Notes: generated by a model from the letters alone, not told the origin. 64,000 nt of DNA from Candidatus Ornithoclostridium excrementipullorum (GCA_018716085.1 DVKK01000044.1:5106-69105); one strand, 5' to 3'. Shown: positions 47,617-57,308, numbered from the stretch's first letter. Numbers and translations are program-made.

Positions 47617-49359
47617 ATGCCCAACGATTTCGTAACGCTGAACGCCCTGTGCCGAGAACTCAACGCGGCGCTTTCGGGAGCGAAAATAGACAAGATACAC
47701 ATGCCAGAAGACGACGAAATAACCTTGTTCGTCCGAGCAGGCGGCAAAAACCTGTCGCTCGCTCTCTCCTGCAACGCCCAGAATCCGCGCATACATTTTA
47801 CAGAACGGAAAAAGCAGAATCCCGTCAACGCGCCGGCTTTCTGTATGCTTTTGCGCAAATTCCTCACGGGCGCGACTGTAGAGGGGTGCCGTATGCTGGG
47901 CGAAGACCGCATTTTCTGTTTCGATATCCTCTCGCGCAATGAGATGCGCGACGTGCTAAGGCTTTCGCTCATCGCCGAAATGATGGGCAGATACAGCAAT
48001 CTTCTGTTGGTCGACGCGCAGACCGGCACGGTCAAAGACGCGCTCAAACAGGCGTCGTTCGACACGGCGACCAAGCGCTGTCTGCTGCCCGGAGCGAAGT
48101 ACGAACTCCCGCCTCAGAACAAGACGAAACTTTCCGACAAAGCCGGATTGAGCGAAGCGCTCGACTCCTTTTGCGGAGGCAATCTGAAAAACCATCTTCT
48201 CTCCGCGATCGGAGGCTTTGCGCCCGCCACGGCGGAAGAAGCCCTGTATGCCTCGGGCTGCGGGATACTCCGCGACGAGCCCCTTTCGGAAAGCGAAAAG
48301 GCTGCGCTGAAAGCCGAATTCGACGAACTGGAAAACGTATACGACTCTCCCCTGTTCTCGCCGTGCGCAAGCGTGAAGAACGGACGACCCGACGACTATT
48401 TCGCGTTCCCTTACGCCTCGGTCGGAACGGATTTTATCCGCTATCCGTCGATGAGCGCCGCAGTGGACGCCTGCGTCGGAGAAAAGGACGCAGAAGAAAG
48501 ACGCCGCCAGCACGTCAAACATCTGGTCAAAGCGTGCAGAGGGCTGATCTCCAAGACGCAAAAAAAGCTGGAAAAATGTCTTGCCCGAAAAAGCGAAGCC
48601 GCGGGAGCGGAACGCAACCGCCTGTTCGGAGAGCTGCTCACTTCCCATCTTTACGCGCTGAAACGCGGAGAAAAAGTCGCGAAAGTCGCCAATTATTACG
48701 AAGAAGGCTGTCCCGAAGTCGAGATACCTCTGGATGTTACGCTCTCTCCCCAGCAAAACGCGGCGCAATATTTCAAAAAATACGCCAAGCAAAAGCGTAC
48801 GGCGCAGCTCGTCGACGCGCAGATATCGGAATGCGAGACCACGCTGGAATATCTCCGAAGTATCGGCGCCTTTATAGAAGGATGTACGACTCAGGAAGAG
48901 ATAGCAGAACTGGAAAAGGAACTCGAAGCGGCTGGCGCCGCCGGAATGCGCTCTGCTAGGTCCGCCCGTAAGGAAAAGCCCACGGCTCCTTTGCTGTACG
49001 ACATAGACGGCTTTACCGTCGCCGCCGGGAAAAACAATCTTCAGAACGAAAAACTCACTTTCAAGACCGCAAACGGCGGCGATATCTGGCTTCATGCAAA
49101 AAATTCGCACGGTTCGCACGTCGTCATCTTTGCGGAAAACCGTCCCGTGCCCGACGAGGTGATCGCAAAGGCTGCGGCGATAGCGGCTTACAGATCGGAA
49201 GCGGCGAACTCCGACAAAACGGAAGTCGATTACACTCAAAGAAAGAATCTGCGCCGCCATCCGTGCGGGAAACCGGGGATGGTACTCTACACAGTCTACA
49301 ATTCCGTCACCGTAAAGCCCGATCCGATGAGCCGATACGAGATAAAAAGCCGCGGATGA
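47617..49359 (+). CDS. rqcH: Ribosome quality control factor RqcH (FbpA/NFACT)
   Basis: EDRI, AEMMGRYSN, coiled coils, GKNNLQNE, WLHAK..GSHV, KPGMV. Confidence 0.93.
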   Translation: MPNDFVTLNALCRELNAALSGAKIDKIHMPEDDEITLFVRAGGKNLSLALSCNAQNPRIHFTERKKQNPVNAPAFCMLLRKFLTGATVEGCRMLGEDRIFCFDILSRNEMRDVLRLSLIAEMMGRYSNLLLVDAQTGTVKDALKQASFDTATKRCLLPGAKYELPPQNKTKLSDKAGLSEALDSFCGGNLKNHLLSAIGGFAPATAEEALYASGCGILRDEPLSESEKAALKAEFDELENVYDSPLFSPCASVKNGRPDDYFAFPYASVGTDFIRYPSMSAAVDACVGEKDAEERRRQHVKHLVKACRGLISKTQKKLEKCLARKSEAAGAERNRLFGELLTSHLYALKRGEKVAKVANYYEEGCPEVEIPLDVTLSPQQNAAQYFKKYAKQKRTAQLVDAQISECETTLEYLRSIGAFIEGCTTQEEIAELEKELEAAGAAGMRSARSARKEKPTAPLLYDIDGFTVAAGKNNLQNEKLTFKTANGGDIWLHAKNSHGSHVVIFAENRPVPDEVIAKAAAIAAYRSEAANSDKTEVDYTQRKNLRRHPCGKPGMVLYTVYNSVTVKPDPMSRYEIKSRG

Positions 49360-49383
49360 GCCGACTCTGCCGACGGCATAAAC

Positions 49384-49412
49384 GAAAGCCCCCGTTTCCG
49401 ACGGGGGCTTTT
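49384..49412. terminator. Bidirectional terminator between rqcH and rluD
   Basis: AAAGCCCCCGT...ACGGGGGCTTT. Confidence 0.75.
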
Positions 49413-50356
49413 CATTCGGCGGGCGTCGTTTTTCCGCCGTATTTGCCGTCGAGGATCTCTATCACTTTTGCAAAATAGTCGGGAAGCGGCGCGGTAAACG
49501 TCATTCTCTCTCCGCTCGACGGATGCGTTATCTCGAGTTTGTATGCGTGCAGCAACTGCCCTTTCAGCCCGAACTTGTCCGATCCGCCGTAAGTCCTGTC
49601 GCCTACCACGGGATGTCCGATCGACTTCGCGTGCACTCTTATCTGGTGCGTTCTTCCCGTCTGCAATACGAATTCCGCGAAAGTGTAAGTCGGATAACGC
49701 TTTATGACCCTGTAATCGGTCACGGCGAGCCTGCCCGTACGCGACACCGCATATATCTTGCGGTCCTTTTTGCTTCTGTCGAGATAGTTCCTTATCTCTC
49801 CGCTGTCGTTGCGTACGACGCCGTCGAGCAGCGCCAAATAATGTCTTTTCGCGGTCTTTTCGGCTATCTGCCTCTGGAGAGAAAGGTGCGCGGCGTCGTT
49901 TTTTGCCACGACGAGCAGCCCCGACGTGTCTTTGTCGAGCCTGTGGACGATACCGGGGCGTATCACTCCGTTTATACCGCTGAGAGAATCGAGCGAATTG
50001 AGAAGCGCGTTGACGAGCGTATCGCCGTACGAACCGGGAGCGGGATGAACGACCATTCCCTGCGGTTTGTTCACGACCGCGATGTCGTTGTCCTGGTAAA
50101 CTATCTCTATCGGTATATCCGACGGGGAAAGATCGAGCTCTTTCGGCGGAGGAGCGGATATGCTCACGCGATCGCCTTTACGCAGTACAGCCCCCGCTTT
50201 ATCCGCCGCGGAACCGTTTATCGTTACGTTCCCGTCCAAGATCAGATTCCTTGCGTGCGAACGCGTACAGCCGACGATCCCGGCGACGAACGAATCCAGC
50301 CTGCCCTGGTCGTCTTCCGCGTACGTCGCGGAATAATTTTCAGTTCGGGCTGCCAA
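49412..50356 (-). CDS. rluD: RluA/RluD-family 23S rRNA pseudouridine synthase
   Basis: S4 domain, HRLDKDTSG, GRTHQIRVH; TTG start with GGAGG. Confidence 0.92.
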   Translation of the reverse strand: MAARTENYSATYAEDDQGRLDSFVAGIVGCTRSHARNLILDGNVTINGSAADKAGAVLRKGDRVSISAPPPKELDLSPSDIPIEIVYQDNDIAVVNKPQGMVVHPAPGSYGDTLVNALLNSLDSLSGINGVIRPGIVHRLDKDTSGLLVVAKNDAAHLSLQRQIAEKTAKRHYLALLDGVVRNDSGEIRNYLDRSKKDRKIYAVSRTGRLAVTDYRVIKRYPTYTFAEFVLQTGRTHQIRVHAKSIGHPVVGDRTYGGSDKFGLKGQLLHAYKLEITHPSSGERMTFTAPLPDYFAKVIEILDGKYGGKTTPAE

Positions 50357-51056
50357 CGTCCGATCCTCCGTCCGAGGAGAGTTCGTCCCTCCCCGCCGCG
50401 TCTTTATCCGTCAGCTTATCGGTTCCCGGTGCGTCCGCAGAGCCGGTCTCTCCGCATGCGTCTTCCGATATGGCGTCGCTGTCCGAAGGATATTCCTCCT
50501 CTGTCGTCACGGGACAGGCGCCCGTTTTTCCGCCTCGTTTTTTTCCGGAAAAATCGCCCTCGCGATAACCGAATATCATATATACTATCAGCATCGCCAT
50601 GCCGATTATCACGAAGATATCGGCGATGTTGCCGATAGCGAAATCTATGCCGAAAAAGGTCTGTAAGAAAGTATAATCGATAAAGTCGCGGACATAGCCG
50701 AACGCTATCCTGTCGATCAGATTGCCTACTCCTCCGCCGATAACGCAAAGCAGCGCGTATCTGAATATCTTCGGAGAATGCGGTCTGAACAGCAGTATAA
50801 ACAGCGCCGCCGCAAGTCCTATGGCGGTGATCGCGGTCAAAAGTTCCGTCCTGCCGTCGAATATACCGAAAGAAGCGCCGTAATTGCGCGCCAACGTTAT
50901 CGAAAATATGCCTTCCGCTACCGTAACGGTGTTACCCGGCGCGTTTTCGAGTATGTCGAACGCCGCCGTTTTCGAAAGAAGATCGACGGCGAGCACGGCG
51001 ACTCCGAACAGCGCTTCGAAAACGAAGACGCGGTATTTTTTCAAAAATTCCGCCAT
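50340..51056 (-). CDS. lspA: Lipoprotein signal peptidase with acidic C-terminal tail
   Basis: NYGASFG, GNLIDR, VRDFID, NIAD. Confidence 0.92.
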   Translation of the reverse strand: MAEFLKKYRVFVFEALFGVAVLAVDLLSKTAAFDILENAPGNTVTVAEGIFSITLARNYGASFGIFDGRTELLTAITAIGLAAALFILLFRPHSPKIFRYALLCVIGGGVGNLIDRIAFGYVRDFIDYTFLQTFFGIDFAIGNIADIFVIIGMAMLIVYMIFGYREGDFSGKKRGGKTGACPVTTEEEYPSDSDAISEDACGETGSADAPGTDKLTDKDAAGRDELSSDGGSDVGSPN

Positions 51057-51057
51057 G

Positions 51058-51720
51058 TCAGTCGTACTTGCGTTTCAGCGAAGAAGGTCCCTGTATCATT
51101 ACGCCTTCGGGAGTGAACAGGAACATATTGTCGTTTATCCTCTGCTGGGAACCGCCCAACGCGTATATCGCGCCGCTCAGAAAGTCGAGTATACGCTGAG
51201 AAGATTTGTCCGATATTTTCTGAAGATCGACGATTATCGCCTGCCTGCCGCGCAGCGAATCGATTATCACGCGCACGTCGTCGTAAGTCCTCGGATACGT
51301 GATTATGACGTTGCGGATATTGCCCGGGTCGATGTCCTGCTTGCCTTTGAAAGAGAACAGTCCCTTTTTCTTCTTCGGCTCTCTGTCCTCGTAATGCGGA
51401 GCCTGCTGAGGCACGTTGTAATCGTAATCGAAGTCGCGCGCTCCGTACTGCGGCGCGGGCGGCTGCTGAGCATAACCTCTCTGCCGATCCGCGTCGCCGC
51501 CGTAACCGTTGTCCTGAGGAGCGTATCCCGCGTCGCGGTAACGCTGTTGCTCGCGACCCGAGTATCCCTGCCTCGGGTCCCGGTGATCGTCGCGCCCGTA
51601 AGAAGACGGCGCTCTGTACCCCTGTTGCGGATATCTGCGCGGCTCGGGATCGCGCCTGTCGTTGTTGGTATAATAGTCGCGTTCCTCGTCGTTGTAACGC
51701 CTTCTGTCTCTCTCGTCCAT
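51058..51720 (-). CDS. sepF: Cell division protein SepF with long disordered N-terminus
   Basis: C-terminal QRILDFLSGAIYALGG...FLFTP; AGGAGG RBS before ATG 51720; follows yggS. Confidence 0.9.
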   Translation of the reverse strand: MDERDRRRYNDEERDYYTNNDRRDPEPRRYPQQGYRAPSSYGRDDHRDPRQGYSGREQQRYRDAGYAPQDNGYGGDADRQRGYAQQPPAPQYGARDFDYDYNVPQQAPHYEDREPKKKKGLFSFKGKQDIDPGNIRNVIITYPRTYDDVRVIIDSLRGRQAIIVDLQKISDKSSQRILDFLSGAIYALGGSQQRINDNMFLFTPEGVMIQGPSSLKRKYD

Positions 51721-51728
51721 CTTTCCTC

Positions 51729-52424
51729 CTAATTTCTCGCTCCGAACAGCACTCTGCCCGGTCTTATCATATTGGAGCCACCGTATTCGATCGCCGCCGC
51801 GTAATCGTTCGTCATTCCGCACGACGCGTACTTCGCCGAAACGTTGCCGCCTTCCATCGACTTCAGGAGATCGAACAGTTTTGCGAAACGTCGGAAATAA
51901 CCTATAAGCGGCTGTATTTCGACGTTCGGCATCACCGACATTATCCCGTCTACGCTTATCGATCGATATCCCCGCAGAGAATCGACGAAACTTTCAAGTC
52001 CGTCGGGATCGATACCTCCCTTCGACAGCTCGCTCCCCATATTGATCTCGATAAGGCAATGCGCGGTCAGCGAATGCTTTTCCGCCTGTTTTTCTATCTC
52101 GTCGGCAAGCGATATCCTGTCAAGCGAATGTATCAGTACGACCTTATCGATTATGTACTTGACTTTGTTGCTCTGCAACTGCCCGATGATGTGCCAGTTC
52201 AACGCGGACTCGGGCGTGTACTTGGTCAGCAGTTCCTGAACTCTGTTTTCTCCCACGTCCGAGAGAAGATCTTCCTCTTCGATAAAATCGATCAGTTCCT
52301 TGGGCTGCGTCTTAGTCGCCGCTACGATGCGGATCGCGTCCTCCCTGCCGCATCTCTTCGCTATGTTCTCCACCTCCGAGCGGAGCGTTAAGATATTGTC
52401 CCTGATCTGTTCACGATCCAACAT
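51729..52424 (-). CDS. yggS: PLP homeostasis protein YggS/YlmE
   Basis: AATK, GENRVQE, WHIIGQLQSNK, GMTND, IRPGR. Confidence 0.93.
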   Translation of the reverse strand: MLDREQIRDNILTLRSEVENIAKRCGREDAIRIVAATKTQPKELIDFIEEEDLLSDVGENRVQELLTKYTPESALNWHIIGQLQSNKVKYIIDKVVLIHSLDRISLADEIEKQAEKHSLTAHCLIEINMGSELSKGGIDPDGLESFVDSLRGYRSISVDGIMSVMPNVEIQPLIGYFRRFAKLFDLLKSMEGGNVSAKYASCGMTNDYAAAIEYGGSNMIRPGRVLFGARN

Positions 52425-52514
52425 TTTTCGCCTGAGTAAAGTTATTTTCTATATTCTAACATATCGAAGCGGCAAAGTAAACATATGGCGCGATGTTTTT
52501 GAGCGCGAAAACGC

Positions 52515-52550
52515 AAAAACACGCCCGATCGTTATAAATCGGGCGTGTTT
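52515..52550 (-). terminator. ssb terminator
   Basis: 13-bp perfect stem AAACACGCCCGAT/ATCGGGCGTGTTT plus U tract. Confidence 0.75.
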
Positions 52551-52570
52551 GCTATGAAAATGCGCTTAAT

Positions 52571-53248
52571 TTATAATAATTTAGCCGTATTTTGGCTTTC
52601 GTCTTCATGCCTGCCGTTCTCGTCGGACGCGCCTTCGACCTTGAATCTGTTCACGCTGAACTCGTAAGCGACCCTTTCCTCCACGCTCCCGTCCTCGGCG
52701 GCTTTGTTGTAGACGCGGCTCTGTATCCTGCCCCACATGGACACCTTGGTCCCTACGGGCAGATCCTTTACGTAACGGGCGCTCCTTCCCCACAGGATAC
52801 ACGGGATATAGTCGGACTTGTTGTACGCCCTGTTGACCGCAAGCAGTACGTCGCATATCTCGCGGTTGAACGGCGTCACCCTGTACACGGGCTTTTTGCA
52901 GATGTAGCCGCTGACTTCGAGAAGGTTCGGATTGATCGATTCGTCCGCGGGATAGATGACGTCTCTCGCAAACGCGGTAAGCACGAGTCTGGATCTGCCC
53001 CCTTCCACTTTATTGTGGCTTCTGAACTGTCCTTCCACGGTGATCGTATCCCCTTCTCCGAAATCGTACCCCGCTATCAGCCTGTCGGACACCGTAAGCG
53101 GGATGACGTCGGATTGACCCGACAGCCTCTTCACCTCGAGCCGCGTTTCGTAAAATCCCTCTCCGAGGACCTCGTGCGTAAACACGAGCGGCGCCGCGAT
53201 CTTTCCGGTAAGCGACAGCTTGTTGTTGTTCATCATATCGTAATTCAT
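52571..53248 (-). CDS. ssb: Single-stranded DNA-binding protein, tandem OB-fold type
   Basis: RLSGQSD, REICDVLLAVNR, SDYIPCILWGR, GRIQSR. Confidence 0.88.
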   Translation of the reverse strand: MNYDMMNNNKLSLTGKIAAPLVFTHEVLGEGFYETRLEVKRLSGQSDVIPLTVSDRLIAGYDFGEGDTITVEGQFRSHNKVEGGRSRLVLTAFARDVIYPADESINPNLLEVSGYICKKPVYRVTPFNREICDVLLAVNRAYNKSDYIPCILWGRSARYVKDLPVGTKVSMWGRIQSRVYNKAAEDGSVEERVAYEFSVNRFKVEGASDENGRHEDESQNTAKLL

Positions 53249-53258
53249 AATGCCTCCG

Positions 53259-54020
53259 TTATTGTTTATGTTGTACCCCGTTGTTGTCGACGGTATAGTT
53301 TTCTCCGTATATCAACTCGCTCAGCGTAACGGGCTCGTATCCGTCGTTGATCAGTTTTGCCAATACGATGGGCAGAGCCGTAAGTATGTTGTCGCTGTTG
53401 TTGTGAAAGAGTACGATCGATCCGTTTTTCACTCTTTTCGTCACTCTATCGTATATCTCCCTGTCGGACAGCCCCTTCCAATCCAGCGAATCCACGTCCC
53501 ACTGCACCGTTGTCAGCCCCAATTCGCGGGCTCCTTCTATCAGCTCGTTGTCGTAATCTCCGAACGGCGCGCGGAAGTATCTCGGACTCGATCCGGTAAG
53601 CTCTTCTATTTTGCCGTTGACCGACGAAAGCTCCTCGGCTATCTTTTCGCGGGACAGCGTAGACATCTGAAGATGGTTTTCGCTGTGATTTCCTATTTCG
53701 CAGCCGCTCTCCGCTATCGCCTTTACCTCGTCGGGATATTTGTCGATCCAAAAGCCCACGAGAAAGAACGTGCCTTTGACGCCGTAATCGTCCAGTATCT
53801 CCAATATCCCTTCCGTCTTGTCCGCACCCCACGCCGCGTCGAACGTGAGCGCGATCTTTTTATCGTCCCGATCGACCGAATATATCGGGACTTCACGTGT
53901 GCTCGATCCCGCGAACACCGTTGCGAAATCGTCGCTGAACGTGCACCCGAAAGCGGCGGCTGCCGCTATTATCAGCGCCGCGGCGCAGATCACGGTTTTT
54001 TTGCCAATGCAATATATCAT
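53259..54020 (-). CDS. Polysaccharide deacetylase (PdaB-like)
   Basis: N-terminal TM, LTFDAAWG, GNHSENH, FRAPFG, DSLDW, LFHN. Confidence 0.9.
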   Translation of the reverse strand: MIYCIGKKTVICAAALIIAAAAAFGCTFSDDFATVFAGSSTREVPIYSVDRDDKKIALTFDAAWGADKTEGILEILDDYGVKGTFFLVGFWIDKYPDEVKAIAESGCEIGNHSENHLQMSTLSREKIAEELSSVNGKIEELTGSSPRYFRAPFGDYDNELIEGARELGLTTVQWDVDSLDWKGLSDREIYDRVTKRVKNGSIVLFHNNSDNILTALPIVLAKLINDGYEPVTLSELIYGENYTVDNNGVQHKQ

Positions 54021-54224
54021 CGGTCACCTCGCCTATTATATCCGTTTCGAAAAGGCGGATATTGTCGATATTTCGGGTTTTTCGACGTATATCGGCGTAT
54101 CCGAGCTCTTCTCTCACAGCTATGATACGAAGCGGCGCGCCGCAATATTCCGCAACGGCGCACGGTATAGCGAGTTCGCGGCATTTTCCGATCGGATACG
54201 AGGTTTTTTTCGTGTCTTTTTGTA

Positions 54225-54253
54225 TTGACATTGCCGAAAAAATGTAATAAACT
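54225..54253 (+). promoter_or_regulatory. Sigma-A promoter of SRP RNA
   Basis: TTGACA-17 nt-TAAACT, 6 nt before RNA 5' end. Confidence 0.75.
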
Positions 54254-54259
54254 ATTATA

Positions 54260-54526
54260 GCCGTGCTAAGTGGGGAGTCAGCGGTGCCCTGTACCTGCAA
54301 TCCGCTACAGCAGGACTGAATACCGACCCCGGCTTGGAGTATGGGAGGTCTGCCTCGGGTAAGTACCGTAGATACTAAGGTCTTGTGCAAATCTGCACTG
54401 TGAACCATGTCAGGGCTTGACCGCAGCAGCATTAAGCAGACCGCAGGTTGTGCCACGAGGTAGCTTTAGAGGAGGCAACTGTCCGTGTTACGCTCCGGTA
54501 CGCCATGTCAAAGTCGGTTGCACGGC
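54260..54526 (+). ncRNA. ffs: Large (Alu-containing) signal recognition particle RNA
   Basis: GCCGTGC/GCACGGC closing helix, Alu GCGGTGCCCTGTACCTGCAATCCGC, S-domain GAACCATGTCAGG..AGCAGCATTAAG. Confidence 0.93.
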
Positions 54527-54542
54527 CTTGCAAAGACGCATA

Positions 54543-54566
54543 CGGTACGGAAACGTGCCGTTTTTT
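54543..54566 (+). terminator. SRP RNA terminator
   Basis: CGGTACG-GAAA-CGTGCCG plus T run. Confidence 0.75.
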
Positions 54567-54632
54567 CTTGAAGTTTCCTTTGATTTCCATTCTCTCTCCT
54601 TTTGTGTCCTAAGGCTGAATTTCGGTTTTTTA

Positions 54633-54661
54633 TTATATTTTTCGACATTGCGTCATATTTT
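54633..54661 (+). promoter_or_regulatory. SigE-type promoter with Spo0A-like box
   Basis: TTATATT-14 nt-CATATTTT, TTCGACA in spacer, ATG 5 nt downstream. Confidence 0.5.
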
Positions 54662-54666
54662 TCAGT

Positions 54667-55548
54667 ATGGATTACTCCAAATATTACCTCAAAAACTATC
54701 GCCCCGACGATGAAGGCGAAGCCGGCGGAGAGCCGGCGTACTCGGGGCCTCTCCTTGACCGCCCCCACACTCCCGAGATCGTCTATATCAATCCCGACGG
54801 AGAAGAGTTCGTGCCCGATCCGCCGAGAGAGGTCCGCCCCGCGCCCCGCAAAAGCGCCGACAAGAAACCTTTCGGCGTGCGGCTGATAATCAACGTTCTT
54901 ATCGCGCTCGTAGTCATCTTGTCGATCTTCGTGTCCGTGGATTTCATAACCGACGGACAGCTTATAGAAGCGGTCACCGAACTGTTCTCGCAGACGCGCA
55001 CGTATTATGCGGTACTTGATCTGCCCAGCGACACCGTCCAGGGGACCGTAGTAAACGCCGAGACGGTCCGCCTCGGAGGCAAAGCCGGTTATCCCATCAA
55101 GTACGACGGCAGCTACTACTGCGTACTCGACATCTACGGAGACCGCAAAAGCGCCGATAACGCGGGAGCTTCCGCAAATTCCGTTATATACGAATTCTCC
55201 TGCTCCGCACCCGATCTGCCCTCGGAATACGACGCATATCTCGACAAACCGTACGAAGTGTGCGACAATCTCGACGATATTGCCGCAAGGCTCGCTACCG
55301 GCGAGACGTCTCCTTCTCAGGCTCTGCTGTCCGTTGAAGAGCTGTACGAACAGACTCTTATCGAATCGGACGAACTCAAGGCGCTGTCAAACGAGCGGGC
55401 GACCAAGCAGATATTGGAATTCGTCTCCGACTATTCCGTCGCAGTCGCGGCGCTGGCGTCTCTCTGCGATGAAAGCGTATACCGCACGAATTACGCAAGC
55501 GACGTCCGATACGCTCGCTGTCAGATATTGTTCGCTTTCGCGCTGTGA
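54667..55548 (+). CDS. Membrane-anchored hypothetical protein with SPOR-like domain
   Basis: Pro-rich N-terminus, one TM, YYAV...GGKAGY...YYCVLDIY...A pattern, helical C-terminus. Confidence 0.75.
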   Translation: MDYSKYYLKNYRPDDEGEAGGEPAYSGPLLDRPHTPEIVYINPDGEEFVPDPPREVRPAPRKSADKKPFGVRLIINVLIALVVILSIFVSVDFITDGQLIEAVTELFSQTRTYYAVLDLPSDTVQGTVVNAETVRLGGKAGYPIKYDGSYYCVLDIYGDRKSADNAGASANSVIYEFSCSAPDLPSEYDAYLDKPYEVCDNLDDIAARLATGETSPSQALLSVEELYEQTLIESDELKALSNERATKQILEFVSDYSVAVAALASLCDESVYRTNYASDVRYARCQILFAFAL

Positions 55549-55808
55549 CAGAGAGCCGTTTCTTAGCCTTGGCCGCAAGCAAAAAGCCGCGTTTCCGAAC
55601 GCGCGAAGTGTTGCGGAAAAGTGATTTATTCTGTTATTTTTTGTTCGACAATGCTTGTTGCAATGATTAAATTATAGCATTGACACCTATAAATGTCTAC
55701 AAAGTTCTGATTTTTCGAAAAAATTATTTGAATATCGAAAAAACACGTAAAGAAGCGCCGCCGCTCGAACCGCGGCGACGCCTGTCGTTATACGAAACTT
55801 CTACCGCT

Positions 55809-56945
55809 TTACCACCTGTCGGCAATATCTCGGATAAAGTCCAGCCACGAAGCCTTTTCGATATCTATCGGGCTCACCAAATCGAACTCGGCTCTGCGAT
55901 CGCCGCAGGTCACTATCGCTTTGGCTATCACGTCGCCTTTGGCTACGGGCGCTTTGACGTCGTAAGGCACGTATTCGACGGTCAGTTCCTCGCCTCTCAT
56001 CAACGACATACCTACTTTTTCCGCAGCGACGGGGACAACCGTCTTTGTCTTTCCGCTCTTGACTTTTATCTCGATATCCGCGCTCTGCCCCTGATCCAGC
56101 ACGCTTTCGTAACGGCAATTCGCGAACGCATAGTTCAAAAGTCTGCTGCATTCGGCAAAACGCGTTTTGCTGTCCGCCGCGCCTATGATCGTTGCGACCG
56201 CGCTTACGCCGTTGCGCTCGGCGCACGCGGAAAGACAGAACCCGGCATTATCCGTATAACCGGTCTTACCGCCTTTGCACCCCTGATACTGTCTTATCAA
56301 TTTATTGGTATTTGTAAGATTGGTCACCCTGCCGGACGGATGCACGTAATCTTCCGTCCAGATCGAGGAGTATTCGAAATAAAGATCGTGTTTCATCAAC
56401 TCCCTGGTCATGGTATTGACGTCTCTGGCGGTAGAATACTGCTCGGATTGAGAAGGAAGCCCCGTGCAGTTGGCAAATTTAGTTCCGCTCATACCCAGCT
56501 GCGACGCCTTTTCGTTCATCATAGCGACAAAAGTGTCCGCGCTGCCCGCGACGCGCTCCGCCAAAGCGTACGACGCGTCGTTTGCGGAAGCGACGATCAC
56601 GCCCTTCAACAGATCGCCGACAGGATATTCGCTTCCCGCGTCGAGAAACATCTGACTGCCGCCCATGCCCGAAGCCTCTTCGGACACCGTTATCTTTTCG
56701 TCCACCGAAAGATCTCCTCTGTCGATACTCTCAAAGACCAGCGTCGCCGTCATGATCTTTACCATACTCGCGATTTCATGCTTTGCGTCGGCATTGTACG
56801 AATATATCTCTCTGCCGTATTCGTCGGCGAGATATGCCGAATGCGACGTAACGCTGACGCCGCTCTCTTCGGCGCAGGCGACCTGAAAAGTACATACTAC
56901 GGCTATAGCCGCAAGCGCCAACGCCACTATCAATTTTTTCTTCAT
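55809..56945 (-). CDS. dacF: D-alanyl-D-alanine carboxypeptidase (DacF-like)
   Basis: Signal peptide, ASMVK, MGGSQMFL, SAN, KTG. Confidence 0.85.
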   Translation of the reverse strand: MKKKLIVALALAAIAVVCTFQVACAEESGVSVTSHSAYLADEYGREIYSYNADAKHEIASMVKIMTATLVFESIDRGDLSVDEKITVSEEASGMGGSQMFLDAGSEYPVGDLLKGVIVASANDASYALAERVAGSADTFVAMMNEKASQLGMSGTKFANCTGLPSQSEQYSTARDVNTMTRELMKHDLYFEYSSIWTEDYVHPSGRVTNLTNTNKLIRQYQGCKGGKTGYTDNAGFCLSACAERNGVSAVATIIGAADSKTRFAECSRLLNYAFANCRYESVLDQGQSADIEIKVKSGKTKTVVPVAAEKVGMSLMRGEELTVEYVPYDVKAPVAKGDVIAKAIVTCGDRRAEFDLVSPIDIEKASWLDFIRDIADRW

Positions 56946-57308
56946 ATGACACCTCACGCGTTTAGTATTGTTCTTAGAGTGTTTTTTTTGCATACGATCA
57001 AATTTAGAATATAATAGGCTTAAAACTCGATTATTATTATGAAAATCATAGCAATTTATAACAATTTATCGCCAACAGTGATCATGATCCTTGTGAAAAA
57101 CTTTGATCTGCACTCTTAACCCCACACCGATAACTTCCCATTCGGTATGCGGAGCAATGCCTGCTTATCGTATTTTCGTCAGACAAACGCTTCTCAGACG
57201 ACCGGATCGTACATATTACCATACAGTCACGAAACTCACATCGATCGGAGCTTACGCGTAATATTCGGATAATTATGGATATATATTATACAGACAGAGA
57301 GGCGCAAT

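Noticed and set aside
57090-57110. Rex box TTGTGAAAAACTTTGATC
   Set aside because: Right half has too many mismatches
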